Assembly (NCBI GenBank): GCA_039815185.1
Contig: JBCBZT010000017.1
Coordinates: forward strand, 72,348 to 136,347
Length of the DNA stretch: 64,000 bases
Source of the DNA: Cyanobacteria bacterium P01_A01_bin.123
GTDB lineage: Bacteria > Cyanobacteriota > Cyanobacteriia > Phormidesmidales > Phormidesmidaceae
Direction of reading: 5' to 3'
Shown here: piece after piece, positions 29,722-39,755 of the stretch
Layout: every line of letters starts with the position of its first letter
Position numbering within the stretch: the first letter of the stretch is position 1
Notes under the pieces: generated by a model
What the model saw: only the letters and a program-made list of their open reading frames with translations
Database searches by the model: none
Told to the model about the DNA's origin: nothing
Made by a program: the position numbers and the translations under genes

Positions 29722-31337
29722 TGAGAAATTTGTGCCCGCATTCCCCAAGTCATCCCAATTATCCAAGCGATCGCGCTGGGGCTAATCGCCTGATACAGCT
29801 AGTTTGGCTAAGTTTTGGGCTGACGTTAGGATTTTATCCCTTCAATAGAGCGGCCCTGGCGGCTATTGTCGAGTCCGACCCAAACCTTTCTGAGTTCGCG
29901 ATCGCATCTGTAGACGCTCAATCGTCAATTGACACAACGCTTGTTGCCGTAGACCAGCAGCCCACTGAACCTACCAAGGCAGAACCGACGGCTGTCCTAG
30001 AGCGCATTGCTCAAACACCAGATCTACTAGCCGAGGAGGTTGAGGCGAATCCGGTTGCGGCTGCGCCGTTAACTGAATCGGCTGAGATCGAGCCCACCGT
30101 TGACTCGGATGAGCCGATTACCCAAACTTCAGAAACGTTACCCGCAGCCGGTAATACGGTTTTGGATGATGGGGTTTTGGGTGATGAGGCTTTGGGTGAC
30201 GCGGTTTTGGATGACGCGATCCCAGCGGGCACTGTCGTGTCGTCAACTGAATCGATGGAAACGGCACTGCCGGTAGCTGGCGGTGAACGCGTTGCCCAAA
30301 TGTCAGAGATGTCAACAGACGCGGCTGATTTGAATCTCGTTGATGGCAACGCCGCACCGCCCTCTGAACCCACTGAGCCGTTGCTGGACTATCAGCCGTT
30401 GCTGGAATTTCAGGCGGTCACAATTCTGCAAAATAATGACTTTTCCGGGCGGCTGAGAGCCACTGGAATCTATGCCATTAATGAGCAAGTGCTGTTTGGG
30501 GCGACAGTGGACTTGACTACCGGAGAGGCGTTTGTTGATTCCCGCGAAACAGGTTTAAGCCTAAATGAGCTCTATGTTGCCGCTGCGCCGATTCGAGACT
30601 TGCCCAACCTGAGGATGGTGGCGGGTCTGATGGATTTAACCTCTTATTTTGATCGCAACAGCTTTGCTAAAGACGGGGCCACCCACTTCTTTAATCCCGT
30701 GTTTCAGACTAACCCGGCCTTGAGTGCAACGGGCATCACTTCCCGTCCAGGACTGCTGGTGAACTGGGGCGCTACGGATTACCTAGAGCTCAAAGCGGCG
30801 GCGTTCTCCTCTAGTCGGGGGTTAGGTGATTTTGCCATTGATGGCTTTGCGGGCGAGGTGGGCTTTCGAGTTGAGAATTTGATTGTGCGCGGCACCTACG
30901 CAACCGCTCGCGATGCCGGCGAAGATGATGGATTTCGAGAAATCTTTCAGCTGCAGCGCAGTGACGGCAGCTTTGGCCTATTAGACGGTGACCGGGAAGT
31001 TGCCTACGGCATCAATGCGGAATATTTCATTGATGCTCTCAATATTGGCGTGTTTGGGCGCTACGGCTGGTATGACAACCAGGATTTGGATCGCGGCGGC
31101 AGCACCTTTAGCTTAGGCATGAATGCCCTGGACGTGTTTACTGACGGCGATCGCTTGGGATTGGCTTACGGCCAGGAGCTCTCGAATCGTGACTTGCGCA
31201 CGGGGGCAACGCCGGATGTGTGGGAGCTGCTTTACGACGCACCGATTTTCAGCTGGATGCGGGCAGGCGTGAGCCTGCAAAGTCGAAATCAGCTGTCTGA
31301 CACATTTATCGGGTTACGTCTCCGCGCGGATTGGTAA
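29721..31337 (+). CDS. Outer-membrane carbohydrate porin-like beta-barrel protein with acidic N-terminal extension
   Basis: Signal-like segment, low-complexity acidic region, then amphipathic strands (LNELY, SYFDRNSFA..FFNP, GVFGRYG) ending in aromatic W (LRLRADW). Confidence 0.7.
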   Translation: MRNLCPHSPSHPNYPSDRAGANRLIQLVWLSFGLTLGFYPFNRAALAAIVESDPNLSEFAIASVDAQSSIDTTLVAVDQQPTEPTKAEPTAVLERIAQTPDLLAEEVEANPVAAAPLTESAEIEPTVDSDEPITQTSETLPAAGNTVLDDGVLGDEALGDAVLDDAIPAGTVVSSTESMETALPVAGGERVAQMSEMSTDAADLNLVDGNAAPPSEPTEPLLDYQPLLEFQAVTILQNNDFSGRLRATGIYAINEQVLFGATVDLTTGEAFVDSRETGLSLNELYVAAAPIRDLPNLRMVAGLMDLTSYFDRNSFAKDGATHFFNPVFQTNPALSATGITSRPGLLVNWGATDYLELKAAAFSSSRGLGDFAIDGFAGEVGFRVENLIVRGTYATARDAGEDDGFREIFQLQRSDGSFGLLDGDREVAYGINAEYFIDALNIGVFGRYGWYDNQDLDRGGSTFSLGMNALDVFTDGDRLGLAYGQELSNRDLRTGATPDVWELLYDAPIFSWMRAGVSLQSRNQLSDTFIGLRLRADW

Positions 31338-31352
31338 ACAAGGACTTAAGTA

Positions 31353-33635
31353 ATGACCAAACAACGCAAACTGATCATGGCCTTACAGGCCCTTTGTTTG
31401 ACCGCTGGGTTGACGCTAACCCAAGGGTTAGAAATCCGTCCCGTGCTGGCTCAGAGCAGTGCGGTGCAAGCGGGCTATAGCTTTTTAGAGCGGGGCTGGG
31501 TAGACGATGCCATTCGCCAGTTTCAGCAGGCATTGCAACAACAGCCGCAATCTGTGGAGGCACGGTTAGGGCTGGCAATTGCCTACCAGCGAGCTGGGCA
31601 AGACGCTAATGCTTGGCAGGCTTATCAGCAAGTGCTGGCCCTCGAAGCGAATAACCGTCAGGCCCTGGCTGCCGTCGGTGAACTGGGCGGCTATCGTTCG
31701 GAATGGCAAGCGCAGGGTATTGAAGCGCTCACCACGCTATTGCAACTTAACCCGAATGATTCTGGGGCTAGGGCACAACGGGCCTTACTGCTGGGCTACC
31801 AGGGACGCTTTGCAGAAGCGATCGCGGACTATGAGATTGTCCTAGCCGAGAACCCCTCCCCCGAAACAGTTCTTGGTGCAGCCCAAATCTACACCTACAG
31901 CGGTAACACCAGCCAAGGGCTGGTGTTATTTGAGCAGTATCTGGCCAGTGGGCAGCCACTGACCGATGCTGGCGCCACTGCCTATGCCCAAACGTTGCAA
32001 CAAGCCGACCGCACCCCAGAGGCGATCGCGCTGCTGAATCGACGGTTGCAAGCTGCGCCTGACTCCATTCAGCTCCGTGCGGCCCTGGCAGTGGCCTATC
32101 AACGCAATCAGCAAACCGAAGCGGCGTTAAACGTGATTGAACCCTTGCGCGATCGCCCCGAGGCGGGTTTAACGTTAGCTCGGGCGTTGAGTCAGATTGC
32201 CCGTCAATCACAAGACTCGGGGCTTTATCGGGAAGCCGTTGCCCTTTACCAGCAGGCCCTAGGGTCAATGCCTAATCCCAACAGTGGGTTTGTGACTGAA
32301 GTGGCAGATGTGTTGAGTGAAGATCCGGGTTCTCAAGCGGAGGCGCTGCGACTCTACGACCAACTGCTGACTCAGTCTCCCAATCAACCTGATTTGCAAA
32401 CCAAGCGACTGATTTTAGCCATGGCCCTCGGTCAGCTTTCACGGTCTGATTTAAATCAGCAGCTGTTGACCCTGTTGCAACCTATCCCCGACGGCGCTGT
32501 AACCCAGCAGCAAGTGGGGCAGGCCCTGATTCGCTTGGATAATCCAGACCCAACGCTACTGCCGATCTATCAAGACCTGATTGCGGTAGACACCCCGGTT
32601 GATTTTCTCTACTTCCGCGTCGCCCAGATGTACCTGGCCCAGGACAATTGGGAAGCGGCTAGAGTGGCGATCGCGGCCTATCAAGCCACGCCTGCGGGCA
32701 GTCAAGACTTTGCCCCTGATTTGCTCCTGGCTGAATTAGAACGGCGACAAGGCAACCTAGACGCCAGCGCCCAGCAGTATGAGGCCATCCTCAGCCAAAC
32801 CCAGTCTCCCCAAGTGACTGAAATGGCGCTCTTGGGACTCAGTGGTGTGCGCCAAAGCCAGCAGCGTTGGGACGACGCCCTGGCCGTCTATGAACAGCTC
32901 TTGAATCTCAATCCCCAAAGTGAGCGAGCCCAGCTCGGTCAGGCGTATCTCGCCTTGAGGCTGCGGCAGATTAGCCCTGATTTGGCAGAAGCTGTGCTGG
33001 AGGACTGGCTGGCCGAGCATCCTAATGTTACCCCGGCAGTTGTGGTGCCAGAGTTACTGGACTTGGTGGGCACATTGCCACCAACGGCAGGCCGCAAAGC
33101 CCTGTATGAAAACCTGCTGGCGATCGCCCCTGAGCATTTAGGTCTGAACCGTCGGTATGTGCAAGTCCTGGCGGCGGCAGACCGAGAGTTGGCATTGGCC
33201 TATGTGCAACAGCTCACCCCGTCAGACCCCACGCAAGTCGGGCTTTACTTTGTGCAAGGGGAAGCTGCCCAAACGCTGGGCGAACTCGCCTTGGCCAGCC
33301 AAGCTTACGAAGCGATTTTGGCTCAGCAACCTGACAATGTCGATGCGCTATCTGCCCTTGGGGGGGTTCGCTTTCAGCAGCGCCGTCTGAACGAAGCAGA
33401 AGTGATATACGAGCGAGTCTTAACCCTGAAGCCCAATGACTGGGAAACTCGCCGCATCTTAGCAGAATTAAACCTGGCTCAAGATCAACCGATTGCAGCT
33501 TTTCAACAGTTCAGCGAGCTGCAAGGGGATGAAACCGCCAGGAGTCTCGAACAGCCTCTAGAACACCGAATTCAGCACATCCAGCTGAATTTCCTCCGTC
33601 GCCGGGGATTTCAACCGCTATGGGAGCGGTATTAA
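31353..33635 (+). CDS. Periplasmic TPR protein (BcsC-N-like scaffold)
   Basis: Signal peptide (..PVLA/Q) and many TPRs, with no beta-barrel. Lies directly upstream of bcsB. Confidence 0.8.
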   Translation: MTKQRKLIMALQALCLTAGLTLTQGLEIRPVLAQSSAVQAGYSFLERGWVDDAIRQFQQALQQQPQSVEARLGLAIAYQRAGQDANAWQAYQQVLALEANNRQALAAVGELGGYRSEWQAQGIEALTTLLQLNPNDSGARAQRALLLGYQGRFAEAIADYEIVLAENPSPETVLGAAQIYTYSGNTSQGLVLFEQYLASGQPLTDAGATAYAQTLQQADRTPEAIALLNRRLQAAPDSIQLRAALAVAYQRNQQTEAALNVIEPLRDRPEAGLTLARALSQIARQSQDSGLYREAVALYQQALGSMPNPNSGFVTEVADVLSEDPGSQAEALRLYDQLLTQSPNQPDLQTKRLILAMALGQLSRSDLNQQLLTLLQPIPDGAVTQQQVGQALIRLDNPDPTLLPIYQDLIAVDTPVDFLYFRVAQMYLAQDNWEAARVAIAAYQATPAGSQDFAPDLLLAELERRQGNLDASAQQYEAILSQTQSPQVTEMALLGLSGVRQSQQRWDDALAVYEQLLNLNPQSERAQLGQAYLALRLRQISPDLAEAVLEDWLAEHPNVTPAVVVPELLDLVGTLPPTAGRKALYENLLAIAPEHLGLNRRYVQVLAAADRELALAYVQQLTPSDPTQVGLYFVQGEAAQTLGELALASQAYEAILAQQPDNVDALSALGGVRFQQRRLNEAEVIYERVLTLKPNDWETRRILAELNLAQDQPIAAFQQFSELQGDETARSLEQPLEHRIQHIQLNFLRRRGFQPLWERY

Positions 33636-33682
33636 CCCATCTCTCTGCCAACCTGCATCTTTAAAACCTGACCAAAGCCATC

Positions 33683-36067
33683 ATGAAACGTCTTCAAACT
33701 GCTGTTGCTGTAATTTTCCATCGGCGATCGCGCCCCTGGCAGCTCGGTCTTTTAACCTGCTGTTTGGTGCTACAGCTTAGCCTAGGCAGCATCCCCGTTT
33801 ACAGCCAATCTGAATCGGCCCCAGCGACCAGCCCTCAACCCCCAGCCTCTACCCCGGCAGTGGAATCGCAGTCAGGCTCAGACTCTGGGCGAGCCGCCAT
33901 CACGCTACCCGAAACGAGCGGAGAATCACCCATTGTTAAAGCCTCTCCACCCGGAGAGTACGTGCTGGAGTTCAATCGCAGTCCCGTGGTCGAAGACCGA
34001 CTGCGGTTTGAAGGCATTTATGACGAAGCACGGCTGTGGTTTACCCGTCCCCGTGATTGGGAAACCCAGTCGGTTAAAGTGCTGCTGCGCTATCGCCATT
34101 CGGCAGCGCTCTATGCCACCCGCTCGAACATGACCGTGCTGGTCAACGGCACCAATATTGGCAGTGCGCCGCTCAACCGTAAACAAGGGGAACTGGGTGA
34201 CGCCGTTTTTGAAATTCCTCCCCGGCTGATTCGTGACTACAACGAGCTGGTGGTCGCCGCCCTGCAAAACAACTCACCCACCTGTACCCAAGACCCCTTT
34301 GATCCGTCGTTATGGTCTGAGGTGCTGCCCGACTCTAAGCTGGTATTTGACTTTGAACCCCAGCCCGTCACCCTCGACTTTCAGCAATATCCCTACCCGA
34401 TTGTGGATGTGTTGAGCTTAGAGCCCAACCAAATCACTTATCTCAAACCCACTGAGCTTGAAGAAACTTGGCTGACGTCATCGAGTCGTTTGCATAGCAG
34501 CCTCGGTCGCATCGTTGACTACCGCCCGCTCGATACCCGGCTGATTGAGGACTTGAGTCAGCTCGAAACCGATGGGCAACTGGTGATTATCGGCACCCCA
34601 GCAAGCCAACCCACGTTGGCCGAATTAGACCTACCCCTTGCATTTGAAGAGAATCAGCTGCTTGATAGTGACGGCCAGCCCTTGCCGGATGATGTTGGTG
34701 TGCTAGTGCTGACAACGGCATTAGATAATCAGGTGCCCGTGTTAGTGGCCACCGGCAATGGTTCGGCTGGCGTTGCGAAAGCCGTTCAGTTTTTGGTGCA
34801 GGGTCGTGACGAGGCGATCGGTACAGGTCAGGCCATTTTAGTGGATCAACTCACTGAAGTTCCCACCCCTGAACCGCGCCATTGGCCCGAGTATTTACCC
34901 CCGGAGGACACCTTTCAACTGCAGGAGCTGAACAGGTTTAATCAGGAGCCGTTTGAGGATGTCACCGTTTGGGGCTCCCAGTCTCCCGCGTTGGAATTTG
35001 ACTTTCGCGCCCTTCCCGATGACCAGTTCTTACCGGGCAGCATCATGCGGTTGAACTATAGCTATGGGCCGCAAATTAATACGCTGACGTCCCAGGTAGA
35101 AGTTACCGTTGACGGGGTTGCCGTGGGTGGCGAACGCCTGCGTTCAGAAGATGGTGGCACGCGGGAAAGTATTCAGCTCAGTTTGTCGCCAGATTTGATC
35201 AGGCCCCATTCCAAAATGCGGGTCAACTTTCGCCTCGATCCCCGTGAGCGTCGCTCTTGCAGCCGCGTCACTGACCAACAGCTTTGGGGGACAATCCACG
35301 CCGATACCGAATTTGAACTGGTTCGCGAGGTTGCAGCTTGGCTACCGGATCTAAAGCTCTTGCAGGACGGGTTTCCATTTGCAGCCCCGCAGGATCTGTC
35401 ACAAACTGCCATTACGTTGCCTGATGTGCCTACCGATCACGATCTATTGCTGATGCTGGAAATGAGTGAACGCTTAGGACGACTCAGTCAAGCCGAGTCG
35501 ATTCAGCTAGCGACCTATCGAACCAGCCAGGTGACGGCGGCTATAAAACAAGATCACCATTTGATTGCCATTGGTACCCAAGCAGACTTTCCGTTCCCCG
35601 AGGTGTTTGAACAAGAAGGCTTTCAGCTCGGTAGCGGCTCCACTCGCGAGTTGCAACAAACTCGGATTCAAACCCTTCCAGACGACGAGGGTATGGTGAA
35701 GCAAATTCGCTCTCCTTGGAACCCAGAGCGGATAGTGCTCGCCCTGAGTGGGCAAAACGCGACGGGCTTAGATCATGTACGCAACCTGCTGGATCAAGAT
35801 TCACTGTTTTATCAGCTCGAAGGCGATACGGTTTTGATTAGCGCCAGTGACCCAACGCCAGATCCCTATGATCCTGACGCCTACAGCCTGACCGTTTTAC
35901 AGCAGACCCAGCAGCAGCGTACCTCCCTTGAAAAGCAACCCCGACAATTGCTCCTGCGGCTGCAGCGCAACTGGCTCTTTGTCTCAGCAGGTACGATCAT
36001 CGCTGCTCTGATGTTCTACGGTATCGCCCTGCAGTTCCTCAAGCGACTCTCTCAGCCCGATACCTAG
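33683..36067 (+). CDS. bcsB: Cellulose synthase periplasmic subunit BcsB
   Basis: Signal peptide, two-fold repeated architecture (SNMTVLVNG / SQVEVTVDG, YPYP / LPDLKLLQDGFPF), SPWNPERIVL, C-terminal TM. Adjacent to bcsA. Confidence 0.85.
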   Translation: MKRLQTAVAVIFHRRSRPWQLGLLTCCLVLQLSLGSIPVYSQSESAPATSPQPPASTPAVESQSGSDSGRAAITLPETSGESPIVKASPPGEYVLEFNRSPVVEDRLRFEGIYDEARLWFTRPRDWETQSVKVLLRYRHSAALYATRSNMTVLVNGTNIGSAPLNRKQGELGDAVFEIPPRLIRDYNELVVAALQNNSPTCTQDPFDPSLWSEVLPDSKLVFDFEPQPVTLDFQQYPYPIVDVLSLEPNQITYLKPTELEETWLTSSSRLHSSLGRIVDYRPLDTRLIEDLSQLETDGQLVIIGTPASQPTLAELDLPLAFEENQLLDSDGQPLPDDVGVLVLTTALDNQVPVLVATGNGSAGVAKAVQFLVQGRDEAIGTGQAILVDQLTEVPTPEPRHWPEYLPPEDTFQLQELNRFNQEPFEDVTVWGSQSPALEFDFRALPDDQFLPGSIMRLNYSYGPQINTLTSQVEVTVDGVAVGGERLRSEDGGTRESIQLSLSPDLIRPHSKMRVNFRLDPRERRSCSRVTDQQLWGTIHADTEFELVREVAAWLPDLKLLQDGFPFAAPQDLSQTAITLPDVPTDHDLLLMLEMSERLGRLSQAESIQLATYRTSQVTAAIKQDHHLIAIGTQADFPFPEVFEQEGFQLGSGSTRELQQTRIQTLPDDEGMVKQIRSPWNPERIVLALSGQNATGLDHVRNLLDQDSLFYQLEGDTVLISASDPTPDPYDPDAYSLTVLQQTQQQRTSLEKQPRQLLLRLQRNWLFVSAGTIIAALMFYGIALQFLKRLSQPDT

Positions 36068-36211
36068 GGACAGCAATCCAGTTTCTGCTGCCAGACGTCT
36101 AACGGTTGTGAATCTGCTCAAGAAACCCGGTTTCTCAGCATCGGCAGGGCAGGCCTGCCCCTTTCCCTCCCTCTCCCCATCCCCATCCCCATCCCGCCAA
36201 ACCAGCATCCC

Positions 36212-38836
36212 ATGGTCAGCTTGTTGCCTAAAAAACGTCGTCCTTCTATCCTTCGTCGCTCCCTACATTTGCCATGGCGACTGCTAAGTGCTTTAATCCA
36301 CCATTTTCTGGTCAATCAACTCCCTACAAATTTCAATTTGATTTTGCAATGGCTGAATCGACAACAGCTATTTCTGCTGTTCGGGGCGGTGGCCGTGCTT
36401 TGCATCCCTTTAATCACGGCACGGCCTAGCATTTTGCAACAAGGGTTGATTACCTTACTGCTCGTTGGCATTGGCCAGGTTGTCTTGCGCATGGAAGAGC
36501 AGACCCAGGAAACCCGGACCTCGGAAGCGCTGCATCTGATCCTGGTAGCGCTGAGTCTGATGACAACGGGGCGGTATTTGTATTACCGCAGCCAATACAC
36601 GCTCAACTTTGATAATTGGGTGTCTACAGTCTTTTGCCTGTTGCTGTTTGGGGCTGAGCTGTATGCGATCTTTACCTTGATGTTGACCTACTTTCAGACC
36701 CTCAAACTGAAAGAGCGTCGGCCGCTGGATTTATCCACGATTCCCGTTGAGCAGTGGCCCAAAGTGGACATCTATATTCCCACCTATAACGAGGATGTTG
36801 AAATTGTCCGCAAGACAGTACTAGGTGCCCTTGAAACGGACTATGCCCGTGATCGAAAGCAGATCTATGTGCTGGATGATGGCCGTAAATACCCAGAGCG
36901 GCGGGCACAGCTCCAGCAGATGTGTGATGAACTCGGGGCCCAAATGCTAGTGCGGGATAATAATGACCACGCTAAAGCAGGCAACATCAATACAGCGCTC
37001 CAGCGGACTGGTGGTGATTTAGTGTTGATTCTCGATTGCGACCACATCCCGGCACGCAACATTCTTAAAGAAACGGTTGGCTTCTTTGAAAATCAAAGGG
37101 TTTCACTGGTTCAGACGCCGCATTGGTTTTATAACCCCGATCCGTTTGAGCGCAACCTGTTGACGCAAGGGCAGGTTCCGGTCGGCAATGAGCTGTTTTA
37201 TAAAGTACTGCAGCGGGGCAATGATTTTTGGAATGCGTCTTTTTTCTGTGGTTCAGCCGCAGTGATTCGACGACAGCATCTATTGCAAATTGGCGGCATT
37301 GCCACCGAAACAGTGACGGAAGACTGCCATACGGCTTTGCGACTGCACTCATTGGGCTATGAGACAGTCTACTACGACAAAATTATGGTGGCGGGGTTAG
37401 CGCCGGAGAAGTTTTCTGCTTATATCGGCCAGCAGGTGCGTTGGGCTCGGGGCATGGCTCAGATTTTGCGCCTCGAAAATCCGTTGTTTAACCGCAAACT
37501 GAAGCTGCGATTGCCCCAGCGTCTTTGCTACTTTAGCGCTACGTCACACTTCTTTTTTGGGTTTCCGCGTCTAATGTATGCGATCGCCCCCAATTTGTTT
37601 TTGCTCTTTGGTATTAGTGCAGTTAAGGGTTTGGGCTTAGAAACGCTCTTCTATGCATTGCCGCACATTGTCTTGTCGATGCAGACTAACCACATTCCCT
37701 ATAAGCATGTGCGTTTTTCCTTTTGGAATGAGATCTACGAATTTGCCCTGTCTTTTCAGGCGGGTCTTGTCACGCTTTTCGCACTGGTCAATCCTCAGCT
37801 TGGGTCTTTCAACGTAACCGATAAAGGGTTGACCGTTGAAGAGCGCAGCTTTGATTTGGATTCAGTCCGTTACCTGGTCATCTTAGGGGTGATTACAGGG
37901 GCGTCGTTGCTGACGATTCCGTTTTGGCTGATTCTCAGCCCGACGGATACACAGGCTGTGCTGGTCAATGCGCTGTGGTGCGTGTTTAATTTGCTGTTGG
38001 TGGTGGCGGCTTGTCTGGCTGCCTTTGAACAACCCCAACTCCGGCAGGCGCATCGGCTACCCCGCAAGTTGACTGCGATCATCCACAGTGAGGGCCAGAG
38101 TTGGACTGGCCAAACCCTCAACGTCAGTGAGAATGGGTCTCAAATCTGCATGGATGTGTGGCCCAATATTGCTGATCAAGTGAAGGTTGAGTTGGTTGGT
38201 GACTATGGGATGCGGGTCTTGCTGGATGCCAACGTGGTCAGGGCAACTGCGACGTCGAAGCTGCAAACCATACTGGCAGTCGAGTTTGTTAATCTGAGCC
38301 GGACTCAGCTAGATGATTTGGTAGTCGTGATCTATGCCGATGTGAATGAGTGGTATTCCCAGCATCGGATCGAGCAGGATAATCCGTTGCAGTCTCTGGG
38401 CTTTATTTTTACCAGCCTGAAGCGAGCCTTTAAGGAGTTTCAGCCAGAGCGTGGCGTCAAGATGCGTAAACGAGTCACGGCAACTGCGGAACTTTACTGG
38501 GAAGGGTGGGGGGATAACGCACTCACGGCTCAGGTCACCGAAATCAGTTCCCAAGAGTTGCGGGCTGAACTGGAAACTGAAGTGGATTTGAATTTAGCAG
38601 ACTTGGAGGCAGCTCAGGCGCTGCTAGGACTCATCGTGGGTCAATCTGAAGCCGACTTAGGCGCCCAAAGTTTGTTGGCCCAAGTGATGCGGGTTGAGGT
38701 CGTACCAATCGGGGGGTCGCTGCTCGCTCGGTCTGAGAGCGTTCAAAAACGGATTGTTTTAGAGCTGCGCTTTCCAGAAATGTTTGCAGAAACACAGCAG
38801 GCCAAAATTAAACAATTGCTGCGATCGCTGAATTGA
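36212..38836 (+). CDS. bcsA: Cellulose synthase catalytic subunit (GT2 + PilZ)
   Basis: DIYIPTYNE, LDDG, HAKAGN, DCD, QTPH, FFCGS, TED, QQVRW and FNVTDK motifs. PilZ motifs RQAHR and NVSENG. Confidence 0.95.
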   Translation: MVSLLPKKRRPSILRRSLHLPWRLLSALIHHFLVNQLPTNFNLILQWLNRQQLFLLFGAVAVLCIPLITARPSILQQGLITLLLVGIGQVVLRMEEQTQETRTSEALHLILVALSLMTTGRYLYYRSQYTLNFDNWVSTVFCLLLFGAELYAIFTLMLTYFQTLKLKERRPLDLSTIPVEQWPKVDIYIPTYNEDVEIVRKTVLGALETDYARDRKQIYVLDDGRKYPERRAQLQQMCDELGAQMLVRDNNDHAKAGNINTALQRTGGDLVLILDCDHIPARNILKETVGFFENQRVSLVQTPHWFYNPDPFERNLLTQGQVPVGNELFYKVLQRGNDFWNASFFCGSAAVIRRQHLLQIGGIATETVTEDCHTALRLHSLGYETVYYDKIMVAGLAPEKFSAYIGQQVRWARGMAQILRLENPLFNRKLKLRLPQRLCYFSATSHFFFGFPRLMYAIAPNLFLLFGISAVKGLGLETLFYALPHIVLSMQTNHIPYKHVRFSFWNEIYEFALSFQAGLVTLFALVNPQLGSFNVTDKGLTVEERSFDLDSVRYLVILGVITGASLLTIPFWLILSPTDTQAVLVNALWCVFNLLLVVAACLAAFEQPQLRQAHRLPRKLTAIIHSEGQSWTGQTLNVSENGSQICMDVWPNIADQVKVELVGDYGMRVLLDANVVRATATSKLQTILAVEFVNLSRTQLDDLVVVIYADVNEWYSQHRIEQDNPLQSLGFIFTSLKRAFKEFQPERGVKMRKRVTATAELYWEGWGDNALTAQVTEISSQELRAELETEVDLNLADLEAAQALLGLIVGQSEADLGAQSLLAQVMRVEVVPIGGSLLARSESVQKRIVLELRFPEMFAETQQAKIKQLLRSLN

Positions 38837-38903
38837 TTGGGCCTCGATATCTCAGCCACAATCTGCCCTGATTATTGCTCCCCATTTATCCCGTTTTGCT
38901 GTC

Positions 38904-39677
38904 ATGATAGAGAATTTTGAACCGATGATTGCCCCTTGGAGACTGTTGAGACACTTAGCAACGGGTTGTTTGATCGCGGCGATCGCGGTGAGTTGCACCC
39001 CCTGGCAATCGATCGGGTTGCGGCCTCGGCATAACCTCAGCAATGCTAGCTTGGACATCCAGGTGGAGCCGACGACAAAGCCTGGACAATACGCAATCTC
39101 AGGTACTGCTGATTTACCTCAAGGGACAGAACTGACGGTTGCGGCTATTCGCTATCTGCACCCGAGTCAGGCCCCTAGGGAAACAGTCAATCCCAAACCG
39201 ACGTACTCAATCTTGGCTTATGACAGCGTCGAAATTGAAGGCGATCGCTGGCAAACGCAATTGTCCCTCTGGCGAGCGGCTACCAATGGTGAGTTTAAGG
39301 AAGTTTGGCAACTCAACGAACCCGAACTAGAACTGACCGTCGAACCAGACGCCCAAGTCATGTTTCTGGCGACCCTAGGCCCGATTTATAGTCTGCAAGC
39401 CATTGAGCAACAACTGGCGCTTGAAAATCGGCAATTTGCCAGCCGATTTATCCAAATCACGTCAGAGGGAGGCCGCTATTTGCAAACGAGTCAGGTGCTC
39501 GCTATTGAGCTACCGACGGGTACCACTACCCCCGTAGGCACTCGACCCGAGGATATCAATGGGGGTTGGGGTAATCGCTATTTACCCCTGCCCGATTTAC
39601 CCAACACCCGTCAGCTAGAGTTTCCCGATCATCGTCAAACCAATGCCCCGGTTGCCCGCGAAGAGTTGTTGTATTAA
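38904..39677 (+). CDS. Hypothetical lipoprotein at end of bcs operon
   Basis: Lipobox-like IAVSC and a beta-rich body. Co-oriented, 67 bp after bcsA. Confidence 0.7.
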   Translation: MIENFEPMIAPWRLLRHLATGCLIAAIAVSCTPWQSIGLRPRHNLSNASLDIQVEPTTKPGQYAISGTADLPQGTELTVAAIRYLHPSQAPRETVNPKPTYSILAYDSVEIEGDRWQTQLSLWRAATNGEFKEVWQLNEPELELTVEPDAQVMFLATLGPIYSLQAIEQQLALENRQFASRFIQITSEGGRYLQTSQVLAIELPTGTTTPVGTRPEDINGGWGNRYLPLPDLPNTRQLEFPDHRQTNAPVAREELLY

Positions 39678-39678
39678 C

Positions 39679-39744
39679 CCTTGTCCAAGTCCAGTCCTGG
39701 GGGTTTTGTCTGTGGGAAAACGCCACCTCCCGAACTGGACTTGG
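39679..39744 (+). repeat. Palindromic dispersed repeat family B, copy 1 (possible bidirectional terminator)
   Basis: CCAAGTCCAGT..ACTGGACTTGG 11-bp inverted ends. Related to 59874-59936. Confidence 0.75.
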
Positions 39745-39755
39745 TTGAATCCATT

